Source: Gemmatimonadota bacterium (lineage in GTDB: Bacteria > Gemmatimonadota > Gemmatimonadetes > Gemmatimonadales > GWC2-71-9). Taken from it: a stretch of DNA of 64,000 nt. This document shows positions 48,643-58,253 of the stretch, one piece after another. The translations under genes and the position numbers were made by a program. A model generated the notes under the pieces. It searched no databases, was not told the DNA's origin, and was given only the letters and a program-made list of their open reading frames with translations. Location: the NCBI GenBank assembly GCA_039586365.1, contig JBDHKN010000042.1, forward strand, positions 1 through 64,000, given 5' to 3'. Position 1 is the stretch's first letter. Each line of letters starts with the position of its first letter.

Positions 48643-51579
48643 ATGCAGAAGCGTTGTATCAGAATCGGGCTTGGCTTTTTGCTGGGCGCGTTCACCGCGT
48701 TGGTGTTCGCCGCCCCAGCGTCAGCCCAAGCCGGGGGCACCGTCGCGGTAACGGTTATCGACCTGACCAACGGTCAGCCGGTGAACGGTGCCCGGGTGGT
48801 CCTCGATGGCACCCAATTCACCGGGGTGACCGACGGCCGTGGCCAGGTCAGCTTGACCGGGATACCTGCGGCCCAGTACACGATCCGGGTGCTCGCCATC
48901 GGTTACCGCTCCGCTGAGCGGACCGTCACCGTCTCGACCGGTGCCACTGCTGAGGTCGCCTTCGAGATGAGCCTCAGTGGCTTCACACTGGACGAGATTG
49001 TGGTCACGGGTACCGGCGGCGCGGTCGAGAAGAGGAAGCTCGGGAACGCCGTCGGTAACGTGACGATGGACAAAATGCAGGAAGTGGTTCCGATACAGGA
49101 CTTCGGGACTGCCCTGCAATCCCGCATTCCGGGCGTGCGTTCGCTCCCTATGGCTGGCGGAGTAGGCGCAGCTAAGGAACTCAAGATCCGTGGCGTCGCC
49201 AGTTTCAATCTCGGTGCACGCCCCGTTGTCTATGTCGACGGCATACGGATCGACTCCCGGCAGACGAACTGGGGCGACGGAGGGACCGCCTGCTGCTCGT
49301 TCGAGGGCGGTGCCGGAAACGATCGCTTGAACGACCTCAACCCAGATGACATCGAGCGGATCGAGGTCGTCAAGGGTGCGGCCGCAGCAACCCTGTACGG
49401 GACCGAAGCCTCCAACGGAGTTATCCAGATCTTCACCAAGAAGGGTCGGAGGGACAGTGCCCCCCGCTGGACAGCGTCTTATGCGGCAGGCTTCAACCGA
49501 CTGCGTGAGAACATGCCCACTAAGATGTATCCGCAATTCTCCGGCCCCGATGGTTTCAGGGCCCATGACTCCAACGAGTTGATCGAAAGCGGGCTCATCC
49601 AGCAGGGCAACATCGGAGTCCAGGGCGGCGGCGAGAGCGTCAGTTACTTCATCGACGGCGGCTTGCTGTACGAGGAGGGCTCCATCAAGCCCAACTGGAT
49701 GCTCCGTGGCAACCTGCGGATGAACATCAACTGGCAGCCGTCTGACAAGTGGAGTTTCGAGGTCAACTCGTCCTACGCCAACAACAAGGCCCAGTTGGTG
49801 CAGGCCGGTAACAACTGGACTGCGCTGCTCGGCAATGCAATCCTCGGAAATCCCTTTACGGCAACTCCGGACCGGCCTTTCGGCGAGCCCTGGGTTGCGG
49901 TCAAGGATATCAGGGAGATTGAGTCCAAGACCCAAGCCAACCGCTGGACGGGCGGGCTCACGATCAACTACACACCAGTGGCCAACTTCGCACACAGACT
50001 CACAGTCGGGTTGGACCACGTGGGAGACAGGAAAGAACGGCTGTTTCCATTTGGCAGGCAGTACATATACGTGGGAGATGACGGGGAGCGCAGCGTCGCT
50101 TACCGCAATTTCGACTCGTACACGGTGGACTACCTGGGCACGTTGAACTTCAACATCGGCAACAGTATCCAATCGGACTTCTCGTTCGGCGCCCAGGGAT
50201 TCTGGGAAATCGACCGAAACAACACCGCGATCGGCGAGGGCTTCGCTGGCATTGGTGTCACCACTGTTACAGGAGCATCGGTGCGGTCGGGGCGCGAGAA
50301 CTTCCGTGAGGAGATCAACGTCGGTTTGTTTGTACAGGACCGTTTCTCCATCGCTGACAAGCTGTTCGTAACCGGTGGTTTCCGGTTCGACGGCAACAGC
50401 GCCTTCGGTGAGAACTTCGGCCTGCAGTTCTATCCCAAGGCAGAGATCGCCTACATGGTCTCCCAAGAGAACTTCGTCCCCGAGTTCATCAGCAGCCTCA
50501 AGCTGCGCGCCGCTGTCGGAAAGTCCGGCTTGGCCCCGGGGGCATACGACCAGTTCCGCACCTTCACGCCCATCGCCGTCCTAGGGGCACAGGCCGCCGT
50601 GCGACCCAACAATCCAGGCAACGCAGACTTGGAGCCGGAGAAGACAACTGAGTACGAGGCCGGCTTCGACCTTGCCTTGTTCGACGGACGCGTCGTCTTC
50701 GAAGCCACGGGCTACTACGCCCACACGACCGATGCACTCTTGGATGTTCCGTTGCCCCCCAGCCTGGGCTTCCAGGACGACCGCCAGGAGAACGTGGGCG
50801 AGCTCGAGAACCGCGGCCTGGAAATGAAGTTGGACGCCACGATCGTCGAGAATGCAACTCTCCGGTGGAGTTTCGGTATCAACACCGACATGAACAAGAA
50901 CAAGATCCTCGATCTTGGCCCTGGGGCCACCTGTGACGAGCTGGGTCAGGTAGATCAGCATCAAGAGGGTGCCGACTGCCAACTCGGTGGCTTCCGGTTG
51001 GGTAAAGAGGTCGGGGCCAGGTATGCCCGCATCATCACGGGTTTCGATCCGGTCGCTATTAGACACGAGCGCTCGGACACCACGGTTTACCTCGGCAGTC
51101 AGCTGCCCTGGTGGACCGGCTCGGTCAATCAGACGTTCGAGTTCGGTGCCTTCCGCATTTACGGCTCTGCCACGTGGGAGAAGGGTGCCTGGTTCAGCAA
51201 TGGCGACCGCGCATACCAGTTCCGGCAGGGCGGCGGCGACGAGTACCTGTCGCTGCTAGACGCGAACAATGAGCCAACCTTCGCAGCCGACTCGCTGTTG
51301 GACTACTACACGCGTATCGGTGCGAACGACAAGCGGGACAACATCCGGCTCAGCGAGATTTCGGTCACGTACACCATGCCGCAGAGTCTGTCGGCTAAGT
51401 TCGGCCTGGGGCGTACGACCACTTCGCTCTCCGGGCAGAACCTGATGTGGTGGGACGACTGTAACTGCCGCGACCCGAACGGGTCCGCCGAGGCCGGCAC
51501 CAACAACACCAATTTCTATGACTTCTTGTCGCAGCCGTCGCCGCGGCGGTTTGTCTTCACCCTGCGAACGAGTTTCTAG
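48643..51579 (+). CDS. susC: SusC/RagA family TonB-dependent outer-membrane receptor
   Basis: SD AAGGAG; LDEIVVTG, DLNPDDIERIEVVKGAAAATLYGTEASNGVIQIFTK, DGNSAFG and LEPEKTTE motifs; terminal Phe. Confidence 0.95.
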   Translation: MQKRCIRIGLGFLLGAFTALVFAAPASAQAGGTVAVTVIDLTNGQPVNGARVVLDGTQFTGVTDGRGQVSLTGIPAAQYTIRVLAIGYRSAERTVTVSTGATAEVAFEMSLSGFTLDEIVVTGTGGAVEKRKLGNAVGNVTMDKMQEVVPIQDFGTALQSRIPGVRSLPMAGGVGAAKELKIRGVASFNLGARPVVYVDGIRIDSRQTNWGDGGTACCSFEGGAGNDRLNDLNPDDIERIEVVKGAAAATLYGTEASNGVIQIFTKKGRRDSAPRWTASYAAGFNRLRENMPTKMYPQFSGPDGFRAHDSNELIESGLIQQGNIGVQGGGESVSYFIDGGLLYEEGSIKPNWMLRGNLRMNINWQPSDKWSFEVNSSYANNKAQLVQAGNNWTALLGNAILGNPFTATPDRPFGEPWVAVKDIREIESKTQANRWTGGLTINYTPVANFAHRLTVGLDHVGDRKERLFPFGRQYIYVGDDGERSVAYRNFDSYTVDYLGTLNFNIGNSIQSDFSFGAQGFWEIDRNNTAIGEGFAGIGVTTVTGASVRSGRENFREEINVGLFVQDRFSIADKLFVTGGFRFDGNSAFGENFGLQFYPKAEIAYMVSQENFVPEFISSLKLRAAVGKSGLAPGAYDQFRTFTPIAVLGAQAAVRPNNPGNADLEPEKTTEYEAGFDLALFDGRVVFEATGYYAHTTDALLDVPLPPSLGFQDDRQENVGELENRGLEMKLDATIVENATLRWSFGINTDMNKNKILDLGPGATCDELGQVDQHQEGADCQLGGFRLGKEVGARYARIITGFDPVAIRHERSDTTVYLGSQLPWWTGSVNQTFEFGAFRIYGSATWEKGAWFSNGDRAYQFRQGGGDEYLSLLDANNEPTFAADSLLDYYTRIGANDKRDNIRLSEISVTYTMPQSLSAKFGLGRTTTSLSGQNLMWWDDCNCRDPNGSAEAGTNNTNFYDFLSQPSPRRFVFTLRTSF

Positions 51580-51674
51580 TGGTTACTCTCGGAGCATCGG
51601 ACAGAATCCGAGCTACACGTCGAGAGCGATATTGGGTGAGACAACAACAACGCAAGCAAGGGAGATTGTGATAA

Positions 51675-53039
51675 ATGATGTCAAGACTTGGAAGATTCCT
51701 GTTCTGCGGTGCGTTGATCGGGACCCTCGCCGGGTGTGACAGTCTGCTCACAGTGCAGGATCCGTCACGCTTCACCGATGAGGACCTGAACCAGGCGCTG
51801 GAAGCCGTGGCAAGAGGTCCAGAGGGTCAAATCCATCAGACGCACGATGACAGAGTCAACAATCTCGAGATCCTGACCGACGTGATGCAGCACACCGGTA
51901 CATGGATTCAATGGGACGACACCGATCACGGCCGGATCACGTACGACAATCAGGGACGTTCTGACGGTGGTTCCGGCTATCTCAGAGCACGTTATGCCGC
52001 CCAGGATGCCCGAGCACGGTTTGATAGGTTGAGAGCCGAGGGAGAGACCGTGTCCGACATGCTGTACTCCCAGGTGGAGTCTGCCGAAGCGTGGGCCAAC
52101 CTGCTGCTGGCAGGACACTTCTGTGAGTCCGTGGGGGATCCAGTATATCCGGACTGGCCGGACGTGAATACGATCGAGCATCCACAGGCCCTGTCGGATA
52201 TGGAGATGTACGCTCTGGCGCTCCAGAAGCTCACTTCTGCCCTCGCTACGGCTCAGGCCGCAGGGGACACGGAGCACGAGCTGTGGGTCCGCGCTGGGCG
52301 AGCCCGGGCGAACCTCATGTTACAGAACTACGATGCCGCTCTCGCGGATGCCCAGGTAGTTCCGGATGGCTGGGTGTACGAGGCGATTTACGATCAGGCG
52401 ACGATGTCCAACAGCATCGTGAGTCTTTCCACCGTCGGTTTCAACAACGCCTCCGGGATCCGGGAATGGATGTGGCCCAGGGTGGACGCGGCCACTAACC
52501 TGCTGCGGGACGCGTACACTGACGAACCCGATCCCCGTATCCCCATCTACCACCGGATAACCGATGGCATACCCGAGTTGGGGGTGGACGGTGTCACGCT
52601 GTTCTACAGCCAGTGGAAGTATCAGACTGAGAGCACCAATATGCCCATGACCCACTCCGAGGAGATGCGGTTGATCGAGGCCGAGGTGTACTGGCAGCGA
52701 GGCGATCTGACGGAGGCCGTGACGATCCTGAACGGCCTCAGGGCCGCCGCCGGATTGTCACCCGTCACCGCGACCACCTCGAACGAAGTATTCGAGTTGC
52801 TCCTGAACGAGCGGTTCGCGGAGTTGTTCATGATGGGCCTCCGGAACGAAGACCTGTACCGGTTCGGCCTGAACCAGCGGTTCATGGACGAGGGTCGGTT
52901 CGCAGGTACCGAGGCGGTCCGGTCCGTCAAGTTCCCGCTGGACGACGGAGAGGCGCAGGACAATCGAAACCTCGAGGACGACAATTCCCAGAGGTGCCTC
53001 CCGATGTCCAACGAACCACCGCCAGCACCGTGGGGATAG
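51675..53039 (+). CDS. susD: SusD/RagB family lipoprotein
   Basis: Lipobox LAGC; EMRLIEAE, LNGLR and ERFAELFMMGLRNEDLYR motifs; follows susC. Confidence 0.9.
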   Translation: MMSRLGRFLFCGALIGTLAGCDSLLTVQDPSRFTDEDLNQALEAVARGPEGQIHQTHDDRVNNLEILTDVMQHTGTWIQWDDTDHGRITYDNQGRSDGGSGYLRARYAAQDARARFDRLRAEGETVSDMLYSQVESAEAWANLLLAGHFCESVGDPVYPDWPDVNTIEHPQALSDMEMYALALQKLTSALATAQAAGDTEHELWVRAGRARANLMLQNYDAALADAQVVPDGWVYEAIYDQATMSNSIVSLSTVGFNNASGIREWMWPRVDAATNLLRDAYTDEPDPRIPIYHRITDGIPELGVDGVTLFYSQWKYQTESTNMPMTHSEEMRLIEAEVYWQRGDLTEAVTILNGLRAAAGLSPVTATTSNEVFELLLNERFAELFMMGLRNEDLYRFGLNQRFMDEGRFAGTEAVRSVKFPLDDGEAQDNRNLEDDNSQRCLPMSNEPPPAPWG

Positions 53040-53065
53040 GGTAGGGCGCTTGCTGAGCGCGCACG

Positions 53066-53100
53066 GGCGGGGGCGGCAACGCCCCCGCCTTTTGCTTTTT
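53066..53100 (+). terminator. Rho-independent terminator after susD
   Basis: GGCGGGGGCG-GCAA-CGCCCCCGCC followed by TTTTGCTTTTT. Confidence 0.9.
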
Positions 53101-53208
53101 GACCGTCAGGGAGCGTACAAGACTGGCTGCCTCTCAAGAGCCGCAAGCACAGTTTAGTTGAACTGCGGCTAAGCCGTTTTGAACAATGACCAACATCCCG
53201 CTGAGATT

Positions 53209-55557
53209 ATGATGCCCATACAGACGATGAGTAAGCTGCCACTAGTGATGCTGTGGGCCAGTTCAGGAGTCCTCCAGGGACAGGTCACCGCAACTGACTA
53301 CGCCCGCGCCGAGCAGTTCCTGGGTCGCAACGCCACCATGTTGATAGCCAACGATGGCGTCGCCCCGCACTGGATCGACGGTAGTCGCTTCTGGTACCGC
53401 AACCATAGGTTTGACGGCCACGAGTTCATCCTGGTAGATCCAACCGCCACGACTCGCCGACCGGTGTTCGATCATGCCCGCCTCGCGGCGGCATTGTCCG
53501 TCGCGGCGGATACGGCTTACGAACCGTTCAAGCTGCCGTTCCAGCAATTCGAGTTTCTGGACGGCGAACGCCGCATCCAGTTCGCGGTAGGTGACTCGAT
53601 CCGCTGGACCTGCGAGATCGCCACCACACCATATCACTGCACCGGCCCGGACACGATTCCCGATTCCCCACTCAGCGAAGTCAAGTCACCGGATGGGAAC
53701 TGGGTTGCCTTCGCTCGGGACAACGACCTGTGGCTACGCTCGGTCGCGTCCGGAGAGGAGATACGGTTGAGCGATGACGGGGAGCCTTACTACGGGTATG
53801 CGGTGAACGACCAATGCTGCAACCAGGTCACAGCACCACGGCGGGGGGAGGAGCGCCGGCCCGTGCTGCGCTGGTCTCCCGACTCCCGCCGCATCGCGAC
53901 CCACAAGCTGGACCAACGTGGCGTCGCGGAACTGCACTTGCTCGAGACTGCCACCGGCAGGCCGATCCTACACAGTTATCGCTACGCCCTTCCCGGGGAT
54001 TCAGTCATCCCCACCTTCGACCTGTACGTGTTCGACGTGGCGGCGCGCCAGCAGGTAAAGGTCCAACTCGAGCCGCAGGAAGCGGGGAACACTTCCTGTT
54101 GCGGCCTGATGTCCGACACGGCGTGGAAAGACGTGCACTGGGGTGACGACTCCGACGAGTTGTTCTTCACTCGTGGCCAGCGCGATTTCACCAAGCTCGA
54201 ACTGATGGTGGCGGACGCCGCGACCGGTAGCGCCCGCATGATCCTCGAGGAACGCAGCCCGACATTCGTGGAGACAAGCCTGGCCTACGGCCTTCCCAAC
54301 TGGCGCGTGGTGAACGACAACCAGGAGATCATCTGGTTCTCCGAACGGGACGGCTGGGGTCATCTCTACCTGTTCGACGCAGGCACGGGAGCGCTGAAGA
54401 ACCAGATCACCTCGGGTCCCTGGGTGGTCCTCAGCGTCGTGCACGTCGACGAGGAGCGGCGCCTGGTCTATTTCGTCGGCCTCGGCAGAGAAGCAGATCG
54501 GGACCCCTACTTCCGCCACTTCTATCGTGTTGGTTTCGACGGCTCCGGCCTCACCCTGCTCACGCCTGAAGACGCCGATCACGACATCCAAGCCGCGCCG
54601 TCCGGCCGCTACTTCGTGGACACGTACTCCCGCCGGGATACGATCCCGACCACGGTGGTTCGTGGCACTGATGGCAGGGTCCTCCAGACGTTGGAGCTTG
54701 GTGACGTCTCGCCACTGCTCGCGGCGGGTTGGCAGTGGCCAGTGCCGTTTACCGTGAAGGCACGCGACGGCGTGACCGACCTGTACGGGCTGCTGTTCTT
54801 CCCGTCCGACTTCGACCCGGAGCGTCGCTACCCGGTTGTTGACTACGTTTATCCCGGTCCCCAGATCGGCCCCATCGGATTCCGCAGCTTCACCGTAAAC
54901 GCGCGGGGTAACGCCCACGCTCTGGCCGAGCTGGGGTTCATCGTGTTTGCCATCGACGCCATGGGCACGCCGGTGCGTTCCAAGGCCTTTCACGACACCT
55001 ACTTCGGCAACATGGGCGACAACGGAATTCCGGACCACATCGTGGCTCTGCGGCAGTTGGCGCGCCGCTATCCCCAAATGGATTTGGATCGGGTGGGCAT
55101 CTTCGGACACTCCGGTGGCGGCTTTGCCTCAACCGACGCTATCCTGAGGTATCCTGACTTCTTCAAGGTTGCCGTGTCTTCCGCCGGCAACCACGACAAC
55201 AGGAGTTACGACTACACATGGGGCGAGAAGTATCAAGGGGTGCTCGAAAAGAACGAAAATGGCGGCGACAACTTCGATTCTCAGGCCAATCAGAACCTAG
55301 CAGAGAACCTCGAGGGGAAGCTGCTGCTGATGTACGGGACGTTGGATGACAACGTGCATCCCAATGCCACATTATTGGTGATCGACGAGTTGATCAAGCA
55401 CAACAAGGATTTCGATCTCATTGTGATGCCCAATCGCAACCACGGCTACGCTGCTGATCCCTACGTGACAAGGCGCAGCTGGGACTATTTCGTGAAGCAT
55501 CTGCTGGGAGTCGATCCACCGGTGGAATACCAGATAAGACAGGAATCCGGACGCTAG
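53209..55557 (+). CDS. S9B dipeptidyl-peptidase IV-like serine peptidase
   Basis: Propeller motifs WSPDS and SERDGWGHLY; nucleophile GHSGGG; DDNVHP; NRNHG; start uncertain. Confidence 0.93.
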   Translation: MMPIQTMSKLPLVMLWASSGVLQGQVTATDYARAEQFLGRNATMLIANDGVAPHWIDGSRFWYRNHRFDGHEFILVDPTATTRRPVFDHARLAAALSVAADTAYEPFKLPFQQFEFLDGERRIQFAVGDSIRWTCEIATTPYHCTGPDTIPDSPLSEVKSPDGNWVAFARDNDLWLRSVASGEEIRLSDDGEPYYGYAVNDQCCNQVTAPRRGEERRPVLRWSPDSRRIATHKLDQRGVAELHLLETATGRPILHSYRYALPGDSVIPTFDLYVFDVAARQQVKVQLEPQEAGNTSCCGLMSDTAWKDVHWGDDSDELFFTRGQRDFTKLELMVADAATGSARMILEERSPTFVETSLAYGLPNWRVVNDNQEIIWFSERDGWGHLYLFDAGTGALKNQITSGPWVVLSVVHVDEERRLVYFVGLGREADRDPYFRHFYRVGFDGSGLTLLTPEDADHDIQAAPSGRYFVDTYSRRDTIPTTVVRGTDGRVLQTLELGDVSPLLAAGWQWPVPFTVKARDGVTDLYGLLFFPSDFDPERRYPVVDYVYPGPQIGPIGFRSFTVNARGNAHALAELGFIVFAIDAMGTPVRSKAFHDTYFGNMGDNGIPDHIVALRQLARRYPQMDLDRVGIFGHSGGGFASTDAILRYPDFFKVAVSSAGNHDNRSYDYTWGEKYQGVLEKNENGGDNFDSQANQNLAENLEGKLLLMYGTLDDNVHPNATLLVIDELIKHNKDFDLIVMPNRNHGYAADPYVTRRSWDYFVKHLLGVDPPVEYQIRQESGR

Positions 55558-55639
55558 CACGTCCGGCCCTGAAAGACCGCTTCGGCACCGCGTCGCGGTG
55601 GCACGCCCTAAAGGGCGGGTACCCACAAGGAGTCTCGCG

Positions 55640-57979
55640 ATGACAAACATATCCAGCAGTTCGAGGGATAGCATCTTCGGCCTGACCGGCCTGCTGCTGC
55701 TTTGCGCACCCACTTTTCCCGCCTCAGCCCAGCAGGTGGACTACAACAAGGCCGAGCGGTTTCTGACCTGGCACACGGAACGGATGATCTCGGGGGACGT
55801 GGTGGACCCGAACTGGATGGAAGGCAACAACCGGTTCTGGTATCGCAACAAGATGGGAGAAGGCTACGAGTTCATCCTGGTAGATCCGGTGACGGGAACA
55901 CGAGTGCCTCTGTTCGATCATGTCCGACTAGCCGCTGCCATGTCACTGGCAGCAGACACAGCCTTCATTGCAGAGAAGCTGCCGTTTGAGTCCTTCGAGT
56001 TGTTGCGCGACGAGACCGCTATCGAGTTCACCGCCCATAAGAAACGGTTCGAGTGCGACATCAGAGCCTACAACTGCACCGTCGGCGATACGCTACCAGA
56101 TGACACGCCATTCGTCGAATCGCCGGACGAGCAGTGGGAAGCATTCGTGCACGAGCACAACATGTATGTCAGACCGGCGGGCGGAGGTGACTCCACGCAG
56201 TTGACCACCGATGGTGTCGAGTACTGGTCCTACGGCCTCACCGCGCCGCGACCGAATGATGTCAAGAACAAGCGAGTCCGCAGGCCCAGCATCATCTGGT
56301 CCCCCGACTCCCGGAAGATGGTGGTGGCGCGCAGCGACGAGCGCGACGTCGAGCACATGCACTACATCTCGATGACGCCGCAGCGGCCGGTTCATTACTC
56401 ACAACCCTACGCGCTCCCTGGCGATTCTCTCATTCCCTACCCCGGCTTCCATGTGCTCACACTCGAACCAGACGCGTCTATTTTGCGGGTAGTGAGCAAC
56501 CACGCGGTCGCGGTGGAACCACGCCCGCACCGGATGTACTTGAACGGAACCCCCAGCGATTCCACTTGGAGCGCCGATTCAGATCGCTGCTACGTATCCT
56601 ACGCGACCAGGGGCTCCAAGAGCATCCATCTGGCAGAGATAGCCGCCGCTACGGGTGAGTCACATCTCATCGTCAGTGATTCCAGCAAGACTTTCATCGA
56701 CGAGCTGAGGGCGGGCATGTATGGGGCCAGTTGGCATGTGACGGCAGACGGGAACGACGTTATCTGGTGGTCGGAAGACGATGGTTGGGCACATCTCTAT
56801 CGACTCGACAGGAACGGCACTGTCAAGAACCAGATAACGTCGGGGCCCTGGTTCGTGAGCACCTTGTATCACGTCGACGAAGCACGACGGCAGATCTACT
56901 TCACCGGCCGAGGGCGTGAGTCCGGACGGAACATCTACTTCGCCTATGTCTACAGAGTGAACTTCGACGGCTCCGGACTCACCCTGATTACTCCCGAGGA
57001 CGCCGATCACACGATCCGCTGGTCACCGAGTGGCCGCTTCTTCGTCGACACCTACTCCCGGGTAGAGACAGCGCCGGTAACTGTGGTGAGAGCGGTACCG
57101 GACGGACGCGTCGTGGTGCGTGCTGAGGAGGCAGACATCTCACGGCTGGCGGAGATCGGCTGGAACCCGGCCGAGGTCTTCACGGTCAAGGCACGGGACG
57201 GGGTGACGGACCTGTACGGGCTGATCTACTTCCCGCCGAGCATCGACTCGACCAAAAAGTACCCGATCATCAGTCACATCTACCCCGGTCCGCAAATCGG
57301 GAGCGTGCGGGGTTACAACTTCAAGGGCGGTGGCGAGGATTTTTCACTTGCCCAACTCGGTTTCGTGGTGATTCAGTTGGATCACCTCGGCACGCCATTC
57401 CGATCCAAGGCCTTCCACGACAACTACTACGGCAACTTCACCGACAACGGTATTCCGGATCACGTGACGGCCATCAAGCAGCTCGCCGCGCGTTATCCAT
57501 TCATCGACCTGGATCGGGTAGGGATCTACGGCCACTCGGGCGGCGGCTTCGCATCCACCGACGCCATGCTCCGCTTCCCCGAGTTCTTCAAGGTGGCGGT
57601 ATCGGGAGCGGGTAACCACGACAACCGGAGTTACAACATCTACTGGGCTGAGAAGTACCAGGGTCTGATGGAGCAAGACACGGTAAAGAACAGCGATAAC
57701 TTCGAGGCGTCCGCCAACAAGACCTATGCTGAGAACCTCCAGGGCAAGTTGCTCCTGATGCACGGTGACATGGACGACAACGTGCATCCCGCTATGACGA
57801 TCCAAGTGGTGGATGAATTGATCAAGGCAAACAGGGACTTCGACCTGATCATAGCACCGGACCGCGCCCACGGCTTGAACGAGCCGTATTTCATCCGTCG
57901 CCGCTGGGATTACTTCGTGAGACACCTGCTGGGTGCGGAACCGCCCAAGAACTACGAGATTGTGCGGCCTGAGAACTGA
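55640..57979 (+). CDS. S9B dipeptidyl-peptidase IV-like serine peptidase, tandem paralog
   Basis: GHSGGG, HGDMDDNVHP and DRAHG motifs; signal peptide ending ASA-QQ. Confidence 0.93.
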   Translation: MTNISSSSRDSIFGLTGLLLLCAPTFPASAQQVDYNKAERFLTWHTERMISGDVVDPNWMEGNNRFWYRNKMGEGYEFILVDPVTGTRVPLFDHVRLAAAMSLAADTAFIAEKLPFESFELLRDETAIEFTAHKKRFECDIRAYNCTVGDTLPDDTPFVESPDEQWEAFVHEHNMYVRPAGGGDSTQLTTDGVEYWSYGLTAPRPNDVKNKRVRRPSIIWSPDSRKMVVARSDERDVEHMHYISMTPQRPVHYSQPYALPGDSLIPYPGFHVLTLEPDASILRVVSNHAVAVEPRPHRMYLNGTPSDSTWSADSDRCYVSYATRGSKSIHLAEIAAATGESHLIVSDSSKTFIDELRAGMYGASWHVTADGNDVIWWSEDDGWAHLYRLDRNGTVKNQITSGPWFVSTLYHVDEARRQIYFTGRGRESGRNIYFAYVYRVNFDGSGLTLITPEDADHTIRWSPSGRFFVDTYSRVETAPVTVVRAVPDGRVVVRAEEADISRLAEIGWNPAEVFTVKARDGVTDLYGLIYFPPSIDSTKKYPIISHIYPGPQIGSVRGYNFKGGGEDFSLAQLGFVVIQLDHLGTPFRSKAFHDNYYGNFTDNGIPDHVTAIKQLAARYPFIDLDRVGIYGHSGGGFASTDAMLRFPEFFKVAVSGAGNHDNRSYNIYWAEKYQGLMEQDTVKNSDNFEASANKTYAENLQGKLLLMHGDMDDNVHPAMTIQVVDELIKANRDFDLIIAPDRAHGLNEPYFIRRRWDYFVRHLLGAEPPKNYEIVRPEN

Positions 57980-58253
57980 GATGAGGGTGTACCCCTGCTT
58001 ACGTCGCAGAGCATCAAAGGAACACGCTGGAGAGCCGCAAGGCATGGGTTCGTTCCAAAGTACGCGCGCGGCATGGACGGAACCACAAACGCTTGGCTGC
58101 ACTGCGCCCGACCAGGAACCCAGATGCATGTCGCGGGGTTTCAGCTCTTATACAGTTGCTCCGACACCCAGGATGTTGCCGCTCTCCGCTGCTGAGACAC
58201 AGAGGGTAGCTTTACTGTTAGCCCAGGACTTTCGGACCACTACGTTACCTGTG

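Noticed and set aside
48721..50466. Long antisense ORFs (also 313-1494, 5439-6308, 54001-55110 and others)
   Set aside because: Shadow frames opposite well-supported genes, common at high GC, with no family motifs
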